Source of the DNA: Protoeuglena noctilucae
Taxonomy: Eukaryota
Assembly (NCBI GenBank): GCA_958009085.1
Contig: OY253669.1
Span: 1,116,001 to 1,180,000, forward strand
Direction: 5' to 3'
DNA: 64,000 nt
A program made the translations under genes and the position numbers. The notes below the pieces were generated by a model. It was not told where the DNA came from, searched no databases, and saw nothing but the letters and a program-made list of their open reading frames with translations. Of this stretch, positions 47,019-60,028 are shown one piece after another. The first letter of the stretch is position 1, and each line of letters opens with the position of its first letter.

Positions 47019-49345
47019 CTACCCATCGGCGCCGCCAACCATCGCGGAGACGGACTCCCAGACGCCCACCACAGTCACGGTCAACCCGAGCACCAACACG
47101 CCCGCGGCAGCGAGCGTGGTCCCCCAAGGCAGCGACCCCTTGTCCCGCTTGACCTGCGCGCGGAGCCAGCGGTCCGTCACCGCGCGCGCCCCGACCGCTG
47201 CGTCGTTCCTGGCTGGCAGCCGCGGCCACAACCCACACTGTCCACCACGACCCACCTTGAGCAGCAGCACCATCGGCCAGAAGAAGCTGATGAGGACGCC
47301 CGCGGTGGCGCCCGTGAGCTCGATCGCGACCCAGATGGACGGAATGGTGATGGCCAGGAGGAGCCCGGACCCCAGGAGCACGTACGTCAGCGTGTACCAC
47401 ACCGGGGACCCTGCAGCGGCGCCGGACACGCACTCGCCGGAACGGCGCGGACCCAACGCGCCGAGACCCCGCCGCTGCGGCATGCGCGCCGCTCACCCGG
47501 GTCCGGGGTGGTGTTCCACGCCAGCTCAAAGGCGTTGACGCGCAGCGCCCAGTTGATAAGCGGGTATGTGACCATGAGGGAGGCCACGTAGAGCAGCTTG
47601 ACGATCGTGGCCACCACGACCGACCCCGTGCCGCCCAGCAGCCTCTCGAGGTTCTCCCTCCCAAAGGACGCCAGCACGTCCGCCTTGATGTTGCTCCCGA
47701 ATACCATGTAGGCCCCCGCGCCCACCACCATGTACATGGCCCCGCAGATGAGCACCGCCACGCGCACCACCACGCCCGTCCGCTCCTGCGCGGACCGCGG
47801 CGCGGATCACTCCCACCATGAGACGGTGCGTGTCGAGCGCCGTGAGAGGGGCCCATCTCACGGCGCGCCGACCACGTGGCGGTGCGAGCTTTGGTCTGAC
47901 AGACCAAAGCTCGCATCGCCACGCAACGCGTGCCGCCCGCCCCACTCGCGCTCGCGCTCGCCTTGGAGTAGTTGCGCATCTCGCCCATAATCGAGTGGAT
48001 GTTGAAGTGGCAGTTGTACGCCGTGAGCACGACGGGCATGGCCTGGACCACGGTGCGGAAGCCGCGGAGGGCCGTGCCCCCGAGCATGGCGGCGTCCGGG
48101 AACAGCCGCACGTCCGCCTCCTTCCCCTCCGTCAGCGCGGTGAGGCCCAGGGCGCCCGTGGTCACCGCGAAGCACATGGCGATGGCGATGGACACCGTGC
48201 TGGTCGAGGCCAGGTTCCGCATCGACTTGAGCGCCACCAGAGGCACCAGCACGGAGCACGTCACCACGCTCAACACCACGAGCTTGGACAGGTACCACGG
48301 CGCCGCGTCGCCGCCGGGCGTCCCAAACAGGACCGGCAGCACCCCGCGGATGTCGGCCCCGCCCACCAGCACGTCGCTAGCAATGATGAGGTAGACGATC
48401 ATGATGCCGAAGTTGTTGACGATGATCGCCAGCTGCATGCTGCGGCCGCCCCACCGCCCGAACTGGCTCTCGACCAGAGCCCCGTACGACACTGCGAGCA
48501 CGACCCGACCAGTCGTCAGGACTGCCACTGGTGGAGCCCAGCATGCGAGGCCCAGCTCGTGACCCGCGCCTCGCCTGTCTGCCGCGTCGTATCCGAGACC
48601 CAGATGAGAGCCTCGAGGCAGAAGATGCTGATGAAAGCCCCCGCGCCGATGGCAAACAGCCCCAGCGCGAGACCCAGCTCCGAGACGATCCTGAGAGGGC
48701 GAGGCGGGCAGGGCACCGTCGGCGTCATCCTTGCTTCGACTGCTGTCCGTCGCTGCCCCGGTCAGCCCGCCGCGTCTCACCTCGGCAGGGCCATGACGCC
48801 CGCTCCGACGATGGTGTTGGCTAAGTTGAAGATGGACTCCGACAGCGAGCATCCCTCCTCCGCGTTGCGCTCCTCGACGACCATGAACCCCTCGCTCGAC
48901 TCAGAGCTGCGCGCGAGAAGAGGAGGGTGTCGGGCAAGCGGTGAGGCGCCATGGCGATGGGGCGCCGACGCAGGACGCACCACATGACTTCCTGGTCGTC
49001 AGGGCCCGGCGAGTCTGGTCCGTCGAGGTCGTCCGTGTCCATCAGCTCGGCGTACTGGTCGCTCTTGAGCACCCGGACGCGCCTGGTGCCCCCCTTGGCG
49101 CTGCCGCTGCTCTCCTGCAACGTCGCAGTGGGAGTTGGGGCGGCTCCGACACGAGGGAGGCGCCCGCGGCTCGTGGGAGCGTTGACAGTCAGCGAAACGA
49201 GCAGGCGCCGCAAGCTCACCCGCAAGAGCGCCTGCTTGTCGTCGTCAAACCGCATCCGACTCCACTTCCCATCATCGCCCCGCGAGGGGAGAGCCTGCGA
49301 CGCTCCCCTGGCCCCGACAGCACCGCCACCGCCAGCATTGTCCAT
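47019..49345 (-). CDS. Amino acid/auxin permease (Aa_trans; AVT6/SLC38-like), 7 exons
   Basis: SIFNLANTIVGAGVMALP, NNFGIMIVYLII, AYNCHFNIH, ELTGAT; two GC-AG introns (48492-48574, 47786-47961). Confidence 0.92.
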
Positions 49346-50085
49346 GGTGCTTCCAGAGGCGCCTGTGCGCGAGGCGAGGCGCCCGCCTGAGGCTCCGGGC
49401 TAAGCAACAAGGCGGTCAAACGCCTCAGCCCGCTCATCGCGGGGCCGAGCGACCGTCGCGGCGACCGATACGATGCCATCAAGGCAACCAAACCCAGGCG
49501 ATGGGGAAAACGGAACGCTTTCAATCCAGGAACGGCAGATATGAGCGCGGACGCCCACCCGAGGAAAAGGGCCACACTTTCACGTGCTTCCAGGGGCGCA
49601 AAGCACGACCCACGATACCCTGCATCCACGAACCTTCCATGGACGCCATCTCCTGCTCCACGCCCCTCTCGGAACGCTGTGAAATGTGCAGCGGCTCGTG
49701 AGCCGCCCAGTGGGGGCCCCGCGCCCGCAGTGTGTCACGCTATTCGCGTGAAAATCGCAAAGAGCGATGCCTCCCTACAAGCGCTGCGCTAGATTGCAAG
49801 CTGTCGAGACGTTCTTCCTAAGACTGGGTCCCCGCTGATCGCATGGCTAAGGCCAGGTGCGGAGGACGACGTTTGATGGCGTGGTCGATGCGGTGCCACG
49901 CGCAACGCCAGCGCTTTCGACTTCCTCGCAACCTGGCTGGCAGCGAAGCTGACAGCTCGTGCCGGATCACCTTCGCGGCTCTCGCCCATTCCGCCGCAGA
50001 AACCAACCTGGCACGCGCGGTTCGTGTGGCTGCCAAGGCAGGCGCCGCGAAGGGGAGCCCACGCTATCGGGGGAGACGCTGCAGG

Positions 50086-51072
50086 ATGCAGAGGGCGGCG
50101 GGCGTCGCGCCAGCGTGGCGGGAGACGCTCTTCGGCCAAGCCTCCACGTCGTATGGCCTCTCTTCGACGCTGAGGCGCTGGATGTCATCGTCTTCGGGCG
50201 CGGCGGTCCAGGCGGCGTGCCTCCTCGAGCGACTGCCCGTCATCACGCCGGAGGTGGAGGCATGGTGCGTCGTGCGGATGCCCGGGCTGGCTCCGCTTCT
50301 TCTTTGTCGGGCAGATGACACGTGTCAGGCGGCCGCTCGGTGAATCTGATCATCCTGCTCTCCACTCCCGCCGCAGGGAGAAGGAGTTCTACGATTGGCA
50401 GGCCCAGATCCAGGAGCGCAAGAGGAAGCGCGTTCCGCGGGAATACATGGATCCCAAGAGCCTGGCGACGGACGAGGAGGTGTCGCGCATGCATGCCTGG
50501 CAGCCGGAGCACCGGCTGACGCGAGCGGACGAGAGCGGGGACGCCTCGACTCCCTGGCGCAAGCTGGACCGGCGCCTCGTGATGCTCGTTCGGTACCAGG
50601 ACGGGCGGTGGGGCTTCCCGACGGCGGTGCACCAGGAGGTGAGCCGTCTCACCCTGCGACCGCTTGGGTGCCGTTGCCTTCTCGTCATCTCGACTGGGCT
50701 TGATGCCCCGCAATGCACTGGATGCCCGCGGTCTCCGCCCGCGCGCAGGGAGAGACCATTCGACAGACGGCTGAGCGAGCGCTGGCTGAGGCGATCGAGG
50801 AGGAGGACGTGGGGGCCATGCGGGCGTACTTCGTGGGGAACGCGCCGGCCGGGCATTTCTCGGCGTCGGGGGGCCTGGGGGGCGTGGAGGAGGGCCCGGG
50901 GTCTGTTTTCTTCCACCGAGCCCACCTGGTGTCGTACGAACCGCCGGCGAGCCCACGGCTTCGGGGGCGCTGCAAGGGCGGCGCGGTCGCCTGGGTCGGG
51001 CGAGAGGAGATCGCAGGGTACGTCGGGTCCGAGGAAGCCAAAATATTCTTGCGGAAGCTGCTGATAGACTGA
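50086..51072 (+). CDS. MRPL46: Mitochondrial ribosomal protein L46 (mL46), 3 exons
   Basis: ACLLERLPVITP, RLTRADESGD, RKLDRRLVMLV, WGFP, GETIRQTAERAL, FVGNAP, VFFHRA. Confidence 0.88.
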
Positions 51073-51206
51073 GACTGACCATGACGCGGGCGTGCTGCAG
51101 AAAAGCTGACCATATTAATGCGCGCTTGAAGGCATCGCAATACAGCGGTGGTCGACGAGATTGATGCGCGCATGAGCGCGCTAGCAGCCTGATCGACTGC
51201 CGCGAG

Positions 51207-52662
51207 ATGGAGGACTGCGTGCGGGCTGTGCGAAATGGCATGGCTGCCGCCGCCCAACGCATCGAGGGATCGCGCGGGGACAAGGAACGGCTGCTTTACG
51301 TGCTGGCAGAAATCGGAGAGCAGGCCTTCGTGACCAGCCGCTATTTCCGCGACGCAATCGAGCAGCTGCTCAGTGCGACGGGGGAAGGCCGTTCAGAAGC
51401 CCTTTCCACGCCTTTGCGGGGCGCGGACGAGGCGTTGGTGCCGGAAACAGCGTCCGTGGTGCAGCGGGCGGAGGGGCGGGGCCGGGAGCGTGCTGCGGCG
51501 CGCAGCATCCGTGCCGGCGAGGTCATCTTGACGGAGCTGCCTGCCTTGTGGTCGCTGGGGAAGAGACGATGGCGAGACCGGTGCCAGGGGTGTCTGGGGG
51601 CGCTGCCGGTGAGTGACACAGCGCGATGAAGATGCTGGGGGTGTCTGTTCCACCGCATCCCACTCCTCGCCCCCTCTGCACCCGCAGCCGGTGAACTACG
51701 TGCCTTGCCAAGGGGGTTGTCAAATGCACCGGTTCTGCTCCTCCACTTGCCAAGAGCGGTTCACACGGTGTGTGGGGTGGGCAGGCGAAGCTGAGTGCGG
51801 ACACGTCTTCTCAGCGCTCCTGGGGGAGCAGGCGCTCCTTGCGGGCCGCATGGCACGGATGCTGCAGGCGGAGGGCCCCGCGGCGCTCACCCCTGCGGTG
51901 GCGCAAGCAATCGCTTTGCTCGAATGCCCGCTAGGGTGAGGAGCATGGCTGCGGTGGGCATATCGCAACTGTCGTGTCTGTGCGCAGACCCGCTCCGTGG
52001 TCATCCTGCAGAGCGGTGCTATCGGTGCATAGGCAATGGCGTCTCACCATCTGCGTGCACATGCCTCTTTCCCTCCCAGGTCCATGGACGTCGACCTTTT
52101 GGCCGAGCTGACGGCCACGGCGGTGCTGGTCAGCCGGTGCTATGCGATCCAAGGAACTGGGCAAGCCTTGCAAGCACTGGCAGGCCATCCTCCAGACAAG
52201 GCCAGGCCTCAGGAGAGGGCAACGGCGCTGGTGCTGGCGTGTCTGGGCCGAGTGGTCGCCAACGCCGTGGGCTTGCCAGCCGGGCGGGGTGATGAGACTG
52301 GAAGCCCAGCTTTGGTCTCATTGGGTCAAAGCCCAGGACCGCGAGAGGGAGGCCAGGGCGCCGTGGAGACCCCGCAGCGCGTGGCTCTGGGGCTTTTCCT
52401 CCATGCCGCCCTTTGCAACCACTCTTGCTCTCCGAATGCGGCCTTTGCGTCGCCGGGCATGCACTGCGCCCCAGGAGAGCCCAGTCCCGGCCTTCCGTGT
52501 TTGCTGCGACTGCACGCTCTGCAACCCATCGCGGAGGGCGAGCCCATCACAGTCAGCTACGGGCCCTTGGCGGGAGCCATGCCCGCTCAGCTGCGCAGGG
52601 CGGCACTGCTCTCGCAGTACGGCTTCGTGTGTGACTGCCAGGCTTGCATGAGTGAGGCATGA
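51207..52662 (+). CDS. SET and MYND domain (SMYD-like) lysine methyltransferase, 3 exons
   Basis: GRGRERAAARSIRAGEVIL, MYND-like CQGC…CQGGC…FCSSTC, ALCNHSCSPN, ITVSYGP, post-SET YGFVCDCQAC. Confidence 0.88.
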
Positions 52663-52882
52663 GGTGGATCGCATTCACAAAACACCTAGTGAACGTGCGG
52701 CCGTCTGTCTAGCTACGTTGACCTATCCCACTGCGCCAGTATCGCAGCCATGTCACGGTTTCCTAGCAGCACGCTCGCTACAGCACGGCGCGCTTTGTGC
52801 TGCGCCCTTGTCCAACTGCGCCCTCAGCTTGCTCCACTCAACTAGGGGCATCAATCGCTTGAAACAAAACTCGCCCAACGCG

Positions 52883-55800
52883 TCAGGGAGTGCGCAGGTC
52901 CACTCCCCAATCCTCCAAACCCGCCGCTCGCTTCTTCCCGCCCGAGCCGGCCGCGCCATCCGCACCGCCTCCCTGCGCCGACCGATCCACGCCATTCTCG
53001 CGCACCCGCGCACCCTCCGCCGCCCCAGCCCCCCGGTGCTGCTCTTGCGAGGCCCGTGCCGCAGCCGGGCTGCCCTCGCCGCCCACCCCCGGGGCGTCCG
53101 CCACGGCATCCGCCGCGGGAGGAGCGTCCTCCTCCGCCCCGTCGTCCCACCCGCTCAGCGACGCCCGCACCACCGCCGCCGGGCGCCGCTTGGCCCCCTC
53201 CGCTGTCTGCTCCTGCATCGCCTGCATGAGCACGCCGCCCGCGCGGGGCCTCGGGTCCGGGACGCGCGACCTCCCGGCCGCTTGCGCCGGGATCCCTAGC
53301 CTCGCCGATTCCACCCGACGCTTGAGTGCGGGGTCGAGCGTCCGCTTGGGCGGGCCCGGGGCGCGGGCTGCGCTCTGCTCGCGCCTCGCGGGAGAGCTGC
53401 CCTTGGGCGCAATGGCCCGTTGAATCTCCTGCACGTTCGTCCTCAGCAGCTCCTCGTCGTCAGAGTCCATGGTCGGGTGCAGCGGCCGCAGGTGGTGAGG
53501 ACCCTCCGGCTGGGCCTTGTGCACGCGGTTGGGGTGGGGCATCTGTGGGGCCGCAGAAAGGGACCCGTCAGCATCGCTCTCGCACCAGCTCACGGGGGCG
53601 GACGAAGTCACACAAGCACGCCCGCAGTGCCCGCGTCGGGCAGTCTTATTCGGTAGGTCTCAACCGGCGGCGCCAGGGCGCATGACTTTGGACGCCAGCG
53701 CCATCTTCAGGCATCCTCACCTCGCGAATGAGGTCCCGAAACACCTCGCGTTCCTGCGAGAGCTGGATGCGGCGCCGGATTTCTTCCCTCCGCACGTCGT
53801 CCACCTCAGGCACGAAATGCTCGCGCACCAGCCGGCCGTACTGCCTCCGCATCTGCAGGCGCTGGGCCTCCTGCGCAGCGACACAGGCGGTGCGCGCGTC
53901 ACGCTGTGCAACTGGGCTACCAACTCAGCCAGGCGGCGCCACGCGCAGCGCCTCCCTTACCTCCCCGCGCGTCGGGGCGCCCGGCCGGGCGCTGCCCACG
54001 CCGCGGTTCCTGGGCGAGTCGCCACTCGCGCCCGCGGGGTCCCCCGCGCCCGAGTACCCGTCGTGCTCCTCGCCCACCACCGCCAGGTCGGGGTCGTCGC
54101 GGTTGGGGCGCCCACGGGCAGAAGGCGCTCCCCGCTGAGGCGGCCCGTCCCGCACGCGCATGACGTGCGCCTCGTATGCCGCTCGCTGCGCTTGCCGCCC
54201 CGTGAGCACGCGCTGCCTCGGGACGCCTGGCGCGGGCTCTCGGGGCATGGGGCGCCCGGACGGCACGGCCGGGACTCCGCGCCGCTGCTGCAGAGCCGCC
54301 TGCGACAATCGACGGGCCCCAAACGGTTCCCACCTCGCAGAGCAGTCCAGGCCTGCAGCGCATAGCACGAGACGCGCAGCGGGCCCCATGCAATGTGGGT
54401 CCTCTCTCGCCTGAAATTCGAGCTCGACCTGTCGCCTCTGGTCCTCCTGCCGGCGCTCCAGCTCCCGGTACAGCGGCGCCCTCACGGGGTTCTGCTGCTC
54501 GTGCCTCCGCAGACGCTCGCGCTCGTCCGCGCGCCTCTTGCGTTTCTCCTGCACGCCGCCGGTGAGTCGAGGCATGGCGTCGCGTGTGATACGATGTCTC
54601 AGACCCCGACTGGCCCCACTCTTGGCCAGGGCCAATCCAAGCGCATCTCTAGCTACGGCCGTGTTGCCGCAGCATAGGGACATCCAACAACACCTGCCTG
54701 TCACACGCAGCAGCACAGTTGGCAAGCGCGCATGCCCCTCGCCTGCTGCTCCCACAGGCGCCTCTCCAGCCGCGCCTGCCGTTCGCTGGCCAGGGCGTCG
54801 TGTGCCATGGCCCGCCGTTGCTCCTCCTCCACCAGCCACGCCTGGAGCTGCTCGAGCCGCTGGTCGTACGCCGCTTCCATGCGATGACGCCTCGCGTCCA
54901 TCTGCGGGGCAGTCCAAGCAGGTGCAGGTGTCTGTATGCGGCAGCTGGTGCATCATGCCCGGGTACCATGTGCATGACCACGCTCACCTCCTCGCGCATG
55001 TGCCGGTGCCGCTCCACGACCTTCCTGTACTCGTCCTCGGGCAGCGCACGGCCCCTCAGGGGCTGCTGGCCCGGCACGGCCAGCGCGGACGCAAAGTGCG
55101 AGCTGCTGCCGACACCCATGGCCTGGCGCCGGGCGTCGAGGCGACGCGCCCGGCCAGGCCCGGCTGCCCCGTCGCGGTCGGCGCTGCGGGACGCGTCTCC
55201 GGGCTCGGCCCGCGGGGCCCGAGGCGTGGGCTGGCTCAGCTTGGACCACCCGCGTGGGGTGTCGTCCGCGCGCGGAGAGATAGGGTCGGCCCGGTGGCCC
55301 GGCAAGGGTGGCAGGGAGGGCGGTACGCTCGGCAGCGGCAGCCGCGAGGGTCGGGTGCCGTCGGGGCTGACCGACTGGTGCCGGGGCGGGGTCACGTAGA
55401 TGCTGCTTGATCGACGCCCGCCACCAGGGGCGGTCTCCTCTGCGATGCCTGCCAGGGCTGGGTGGCCAGAGGACAGACTCGCGGAAGGCGCAGCTGCCGT
55501 GGCCGTGCCGACCGCGGCCGCCCCGGAATCACCCGGACGGGTCACCCCTGGGTCGCCCCCTCCCCCGTCCCCGCCACCGTTCCCTCCCCCGTCGGAGCGA
55601 CGCTGCCGCGCCACCCGCAGGCGCTCCACCGACGCCTGCCGCAGACTGCCCCGCCCGGGGGACTCGCTGGAGGCCCCTGGAGGTTCCCCAGCGGCCGCGG
55701 CTCCGTCCGCTCCGTTGCGCTCTCCGCGGTTTCTCAAAGAGTTGGACGGGCGCATCGCAACGGGGCGACTCGACGACGCCTGCGCCGCTCTCGTGGACGA

Positions 55801-58720
55801 CCCGGGCACCTCGGGGTGGTCCTGAGGCGCACCTGATGCGTCCACAGGACCTGGGCCATCCCCATCGACAGCACCGGCAATGGCTGGCGCACCTGAGCCA
55901 ACCTCCGCAGACGCGCCAGGCTCCGCCGCACCGGACCCCGACGCCCTGCCCTCCCCGGCGACGTCAGCCGCGCCAGGCTTTGAAGCCTCGGCCGCCGCGC
56001 CGGCCCCCTTCGGCGCCTCTGCACGCGGCCCCCCCTGGCCCCTCAGCAGTTTGCTGGATGCTCTGGACGGCGCCTTCGACGCATTGACGTCGCCTCGCCC
56101 CCCAACAGTGCTGGGCCCCTTCCCCAACACCTGCCTCCGACTCCCAGCCCCGCCCCGCACCCTCTGTGCCGTGCCTGGCACCCTCGCAGCCCCCGTCGCG
56201 TCGCCGTCCACCGCCTCCCCGTTCTCCTTAACGTCTTTGACCCCAGAGCCGCGCCCCTGAGGTTGCCCCTCCCCAGCATCACTGCCCCCGGCAACAACTG
56301 GGTCGCGCGCCGCCACTCGGCTCGGCTTGCGCTCCACCGCAGCGCCTGGCATCCCGTTCGCCAGGCTCTGCCTGCGCTCCGGGCCTTGGCTGGGCCCTCT
56401 ACTCGGGGCCCCAGGCCGACCCACACCGCTCTGTGTCTTGCGAGGCCCCCCGCCCGCCTGCGCCTTGCCCGCCCCACCCCTGCCGGGCTTGCCGCGCCCA
56501 GCCCCGCCGCGCCCCGCTCCCCCAGGTGCCTGCGCCCCCGCCTCCGGGCTGTGACTCCCAGTCGCAGGCGTTGATCCCTCGTTCGGGATCGTCTTGGCGC
56601 TTGCTGCCTCGGGCGTCGCCCGGCTTCCCCCGTTCTGCTCCCCCGACGCCCCCGGGGTCAGCGCTGCGCCCGGACCCTCCTCAGAAGCCGCAGCGACGCC
56701 CTCGGGGCCCCCCTCATCGTTTGCGGACGTCCCCGCCTTGTCACCCGACCCCTGGGCCTCGTCCGTCCCGCTGTGCTGAGGCACCTCCGGGTCTCCGTCG
56801 TGACTCCCAGCCTCGCGCCGCTGAGCATCGCCGCTCTCCGCCCCCTCTGGGACCGGAGCGAGCCTCCCGCTGACCCCTGCCCCTGACCCCGCACCCGCAT
56901 CGTGAGGCGCATGCGACTCGGTCGCACCATCCCCGCCGGGCGGGTCTGGAATCGGAAAGTCCGCCCTCGTCGTCTCCTCATCGTTGCCGTGCCCAGCGCT
57001 TGCCGCGCTCCCCGCCCCTGCAGCAGCCCCGGCGGCCACCGTAACGCTCTCGCCACCCATGGGGGCACCGGTTTCTTTGTTGTGCGACGTCGAGGTCCCT
57101 GCCGCTTCACCACTCAGTCGCTCTTCAGGGACAACAGGTGCCGTGGCTGTTTCCTGCGAGTCCTTGACCTGAGCGTCCAAGGCACGGCTGCTGCTGGCCA
57201 CGCCATGGCTCTGGGTTAGTATCTTGGAAGACCTGCAGATGGGGAATGGATCATTGATCACCGTCCATCCACAGACACGCTCAGGCAAGGGCAGCGAGAG
57301 AGGCACAGCCAACGCTGACGCTTGCAGTGATAGCCGCCCACAACACAGCTCAATGCCCAACATGACGGGCGCACGAGAACAATGCCACGCCATGCTCGCT
57401 GCTCACGTGCTGGTCCTCCGGTCAGCCATGGCCCGCAAGTTGGCGATGCTGCTCTCCCGTGATGGTTTGCTGCTGACTGGTTTGGGCCCGCTGCCGCCCA
57501 CAGCAGCTGCTGCCTCAGGCTCCGCGAAGCCCTCGCCAGCAGGGAGCGAAGGCGGGGTACCCGCCCCAGCCGCCACTCCATCGACACCCTCGTCAGCAGC
57601 ACCCGCCGCGGTCGCCACGCCATCGACGCTCTCGCCAGCAGGGAGCGAAGGTGGGGTGCCCACCCCAGTGTCACCTGCCCCAGCGGCAGGCGCTACGTGG
57701 TCCGCCTCAGTCGCCCGGGCAGGACGCGGCGCTTTGCGAGCGAGATGGCCCCGGGCCAAAGATTGCAGGCGCACCGCGGCGTCCTCAGGGCTCAAGTCCA
57801 CCATCGGCGGCGCGCGGTCATGTGTGGGAGGTGCCGTTGATGACCCATCTGCAGGCTCAGCAGCAGCCACAGCCGAGACAGGCCCACCAGCTCGCTTCTC
57901 TCCCGCCGCCTGGGCCTTCTTGCGACCCAGGTAGCCCTTGGCAGCGCCTTGCACCATGTCGAGCGCATCCGCCTCCGCCATCAATGCCTGTGCGCTCGGG
58001 GCAGGCGCCTGCTCCGTCCCCACCGCGCCGGCCTCCGGTTCGTGGCTCTGCTTCTCCTCATGCGCTTCAGGCGGGGCAGCAGATCCTGCAGTAAAGCACT
58101 GGGGGGTAGAGCTCAGGCCTTGTCCAAGTCCGTCCTCTCATTCGCCTTGTTGGATGCGATATATGGCCAAGACTGCGACACGAGGAACAGCGGGGTGCTC
58201 TCCGATCTCAATACTTGCCTGGCGAGGGTGCTGGGCGGTTGCGGCGTGCCGGGCGCTTCCGGGTCAGGTACCCACGGGCCAGGGACTGCAGATGCGTGGC
58301 CGCCTCCTCCTCGGTCAGGCCAGGACGGCTCTGATCGTGATTGGCGACCTCAGCTGGCATCGCGTTGAGCGGCGCGCTGGGCCCAGGGGCGTCTTCCGGG
58401 GGAAGCACCGGGTGCAGGGGCGGGGCCACAGGAGCAGCGAGCTTCCGCGCGAGGTAGCCCCGCGCCAGCGCTTGAAGGATAACGCCAGCACGTTCCTCCG
58501 ACATCATCGCTTGCGGACGGGTCGCGACTTGGGGTCCTGCGGGGCCTGGGCGCTTGCGGGCCAGGTGGCCACGCGCCAGGGCCTGCAGGACGACCGCAGC
58601 CCGCTCCTCGCTCGCGATGGCACCGCGGCCACCGGCAGGTGCGGAGCTCTGTTGCTCCTCTTCCATCGGCAAAGTCTGGTCCGGCGCCGAGGCGTCGATC
58701 CCGCCGTCCGGGGCGAGCAT
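52883..58720 (-). CDS. Large IQ-motif, low-complexity and coiled-coil protein, about 8 exons
   Basis: Five IQ-like motifs (LQALARGHLARK, LQALARGYLARK, LQSLARGYLTRK, VQGAAKGYLGRK, LQSLARGHLARK). Junctions keep frame through the ORFs at 58208-58720, 57403-58023, 54649-57393, 53925-54956, 53646-53852 and 52883-53611. Confidence 0.7.
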
Positions 58721-60028
58721 GGCAGCCTTGCCGCGCGCGCGTCCCTCGTGGTCCCGTCAGCCGCGGACACGCGCCCTTGAAGAGCGACGCATTCGCCAGG
58801 CTACGATAGGCGCTGTCGATGCCTGCGAGACAGGTGGCGGGCACGGAAGCGCAATAAGGGATTCACGCGAGGGGCCTGACATGCGGCCCCTGCTGTGCGT
58901 GTGTGCAGGGGTCTGAGCGCAGCCAGTCAGGTGCACGGAGGCGCATGTCCGACAAATCACCGAAGGCTCACGGCTCCGGTCCACAAAGCTCAGACGTGCC
59001 TTTCAGGCTGCCTCGCCGCGCTTGCGACGTGCAAAGCGAGAGGCTTCCAGGGCCGAATGCGGGGGCGCGCCCGTGCAACAGGCTGACGAATGGGTACCGC
59101 GTGAGCTCTCTCCCGTTGGTTTGGGGCTCGACCATTTTGTCAGTCGGAGCGTGTCGGTGATCGAGGGGCCAAGGGCGGCTCGTGGCGTCGATGTGAGCGC
59201 AATCCACCACAACAACGGCCTTCCCAAGAAGAGATAGAGCTGACATCAGATCACGGCGGGCAGAGGCGCGTGCGCTGGCCCAGGCGGCCCAGGGCGGCTC
59301 GTGAGCCGGGCTCGAGGGGTGCCCCAGGGGTCGAAATACAGACGAGCTTGATTCCGACGCGGCCTACGGACGTAAGGTGACCGCGGCTGCGCCCCTGGGG
59401 TCGCTGCGGCGGGCCCGGTGGGCTCGTGTGCCGCTTGGGGGGGATCCAGCGGGCGTTCGGGGTCACGACCATCTCTTATTGGGATTGCTCGCCGCGCTCC
59501 TGGGACTGGCTTCGTCGGCCTGACGCGCTCGGGCTCCCCCACGAGAGTGCCCGGCGATGGGCGCGTCTTTTGTCGTCCCGGTTACATACCTGAGCGCGGG
59601 CGGGCGCCTTAGTCTTCGTCGCATCCACATCCTTCCCTGCCGCGGCCACGCCCGCCTCCGAGACCTTTTGGATGGAGTGCCCACCGAGTTGTGCTCCCGC
59701 GCGCGCCCGCGCGGATCGTAGCCGTGGGGAGCGCGTGTGAGACGTCTTTTAGCGTCCAATTCCATCGCGCTTGGCCGCGCCCGCTCCCGCAGCAGGCGAC
59801 CGCGAGCTCGAGGCGGGCGCTGGCAACGGCGGAAGGACAGGGTCTCGCCGGGCGTCCCCGGTCTGGCTTTGGCGGACGCAGGTGACGAGCCGCCTCGTGC
59901 CGCGCCGCCGGCGCCGCCCCCGGAGGGGTTTCAGGGCAACTGTGCTCTGCGTGCGGCTGCTGCAGCCCGCGCCGCCCGGGCCCGCGCCTCCCCCCACCGG
60001 CGACCCTCGTGTTTCCTCCGCGCAGGGA

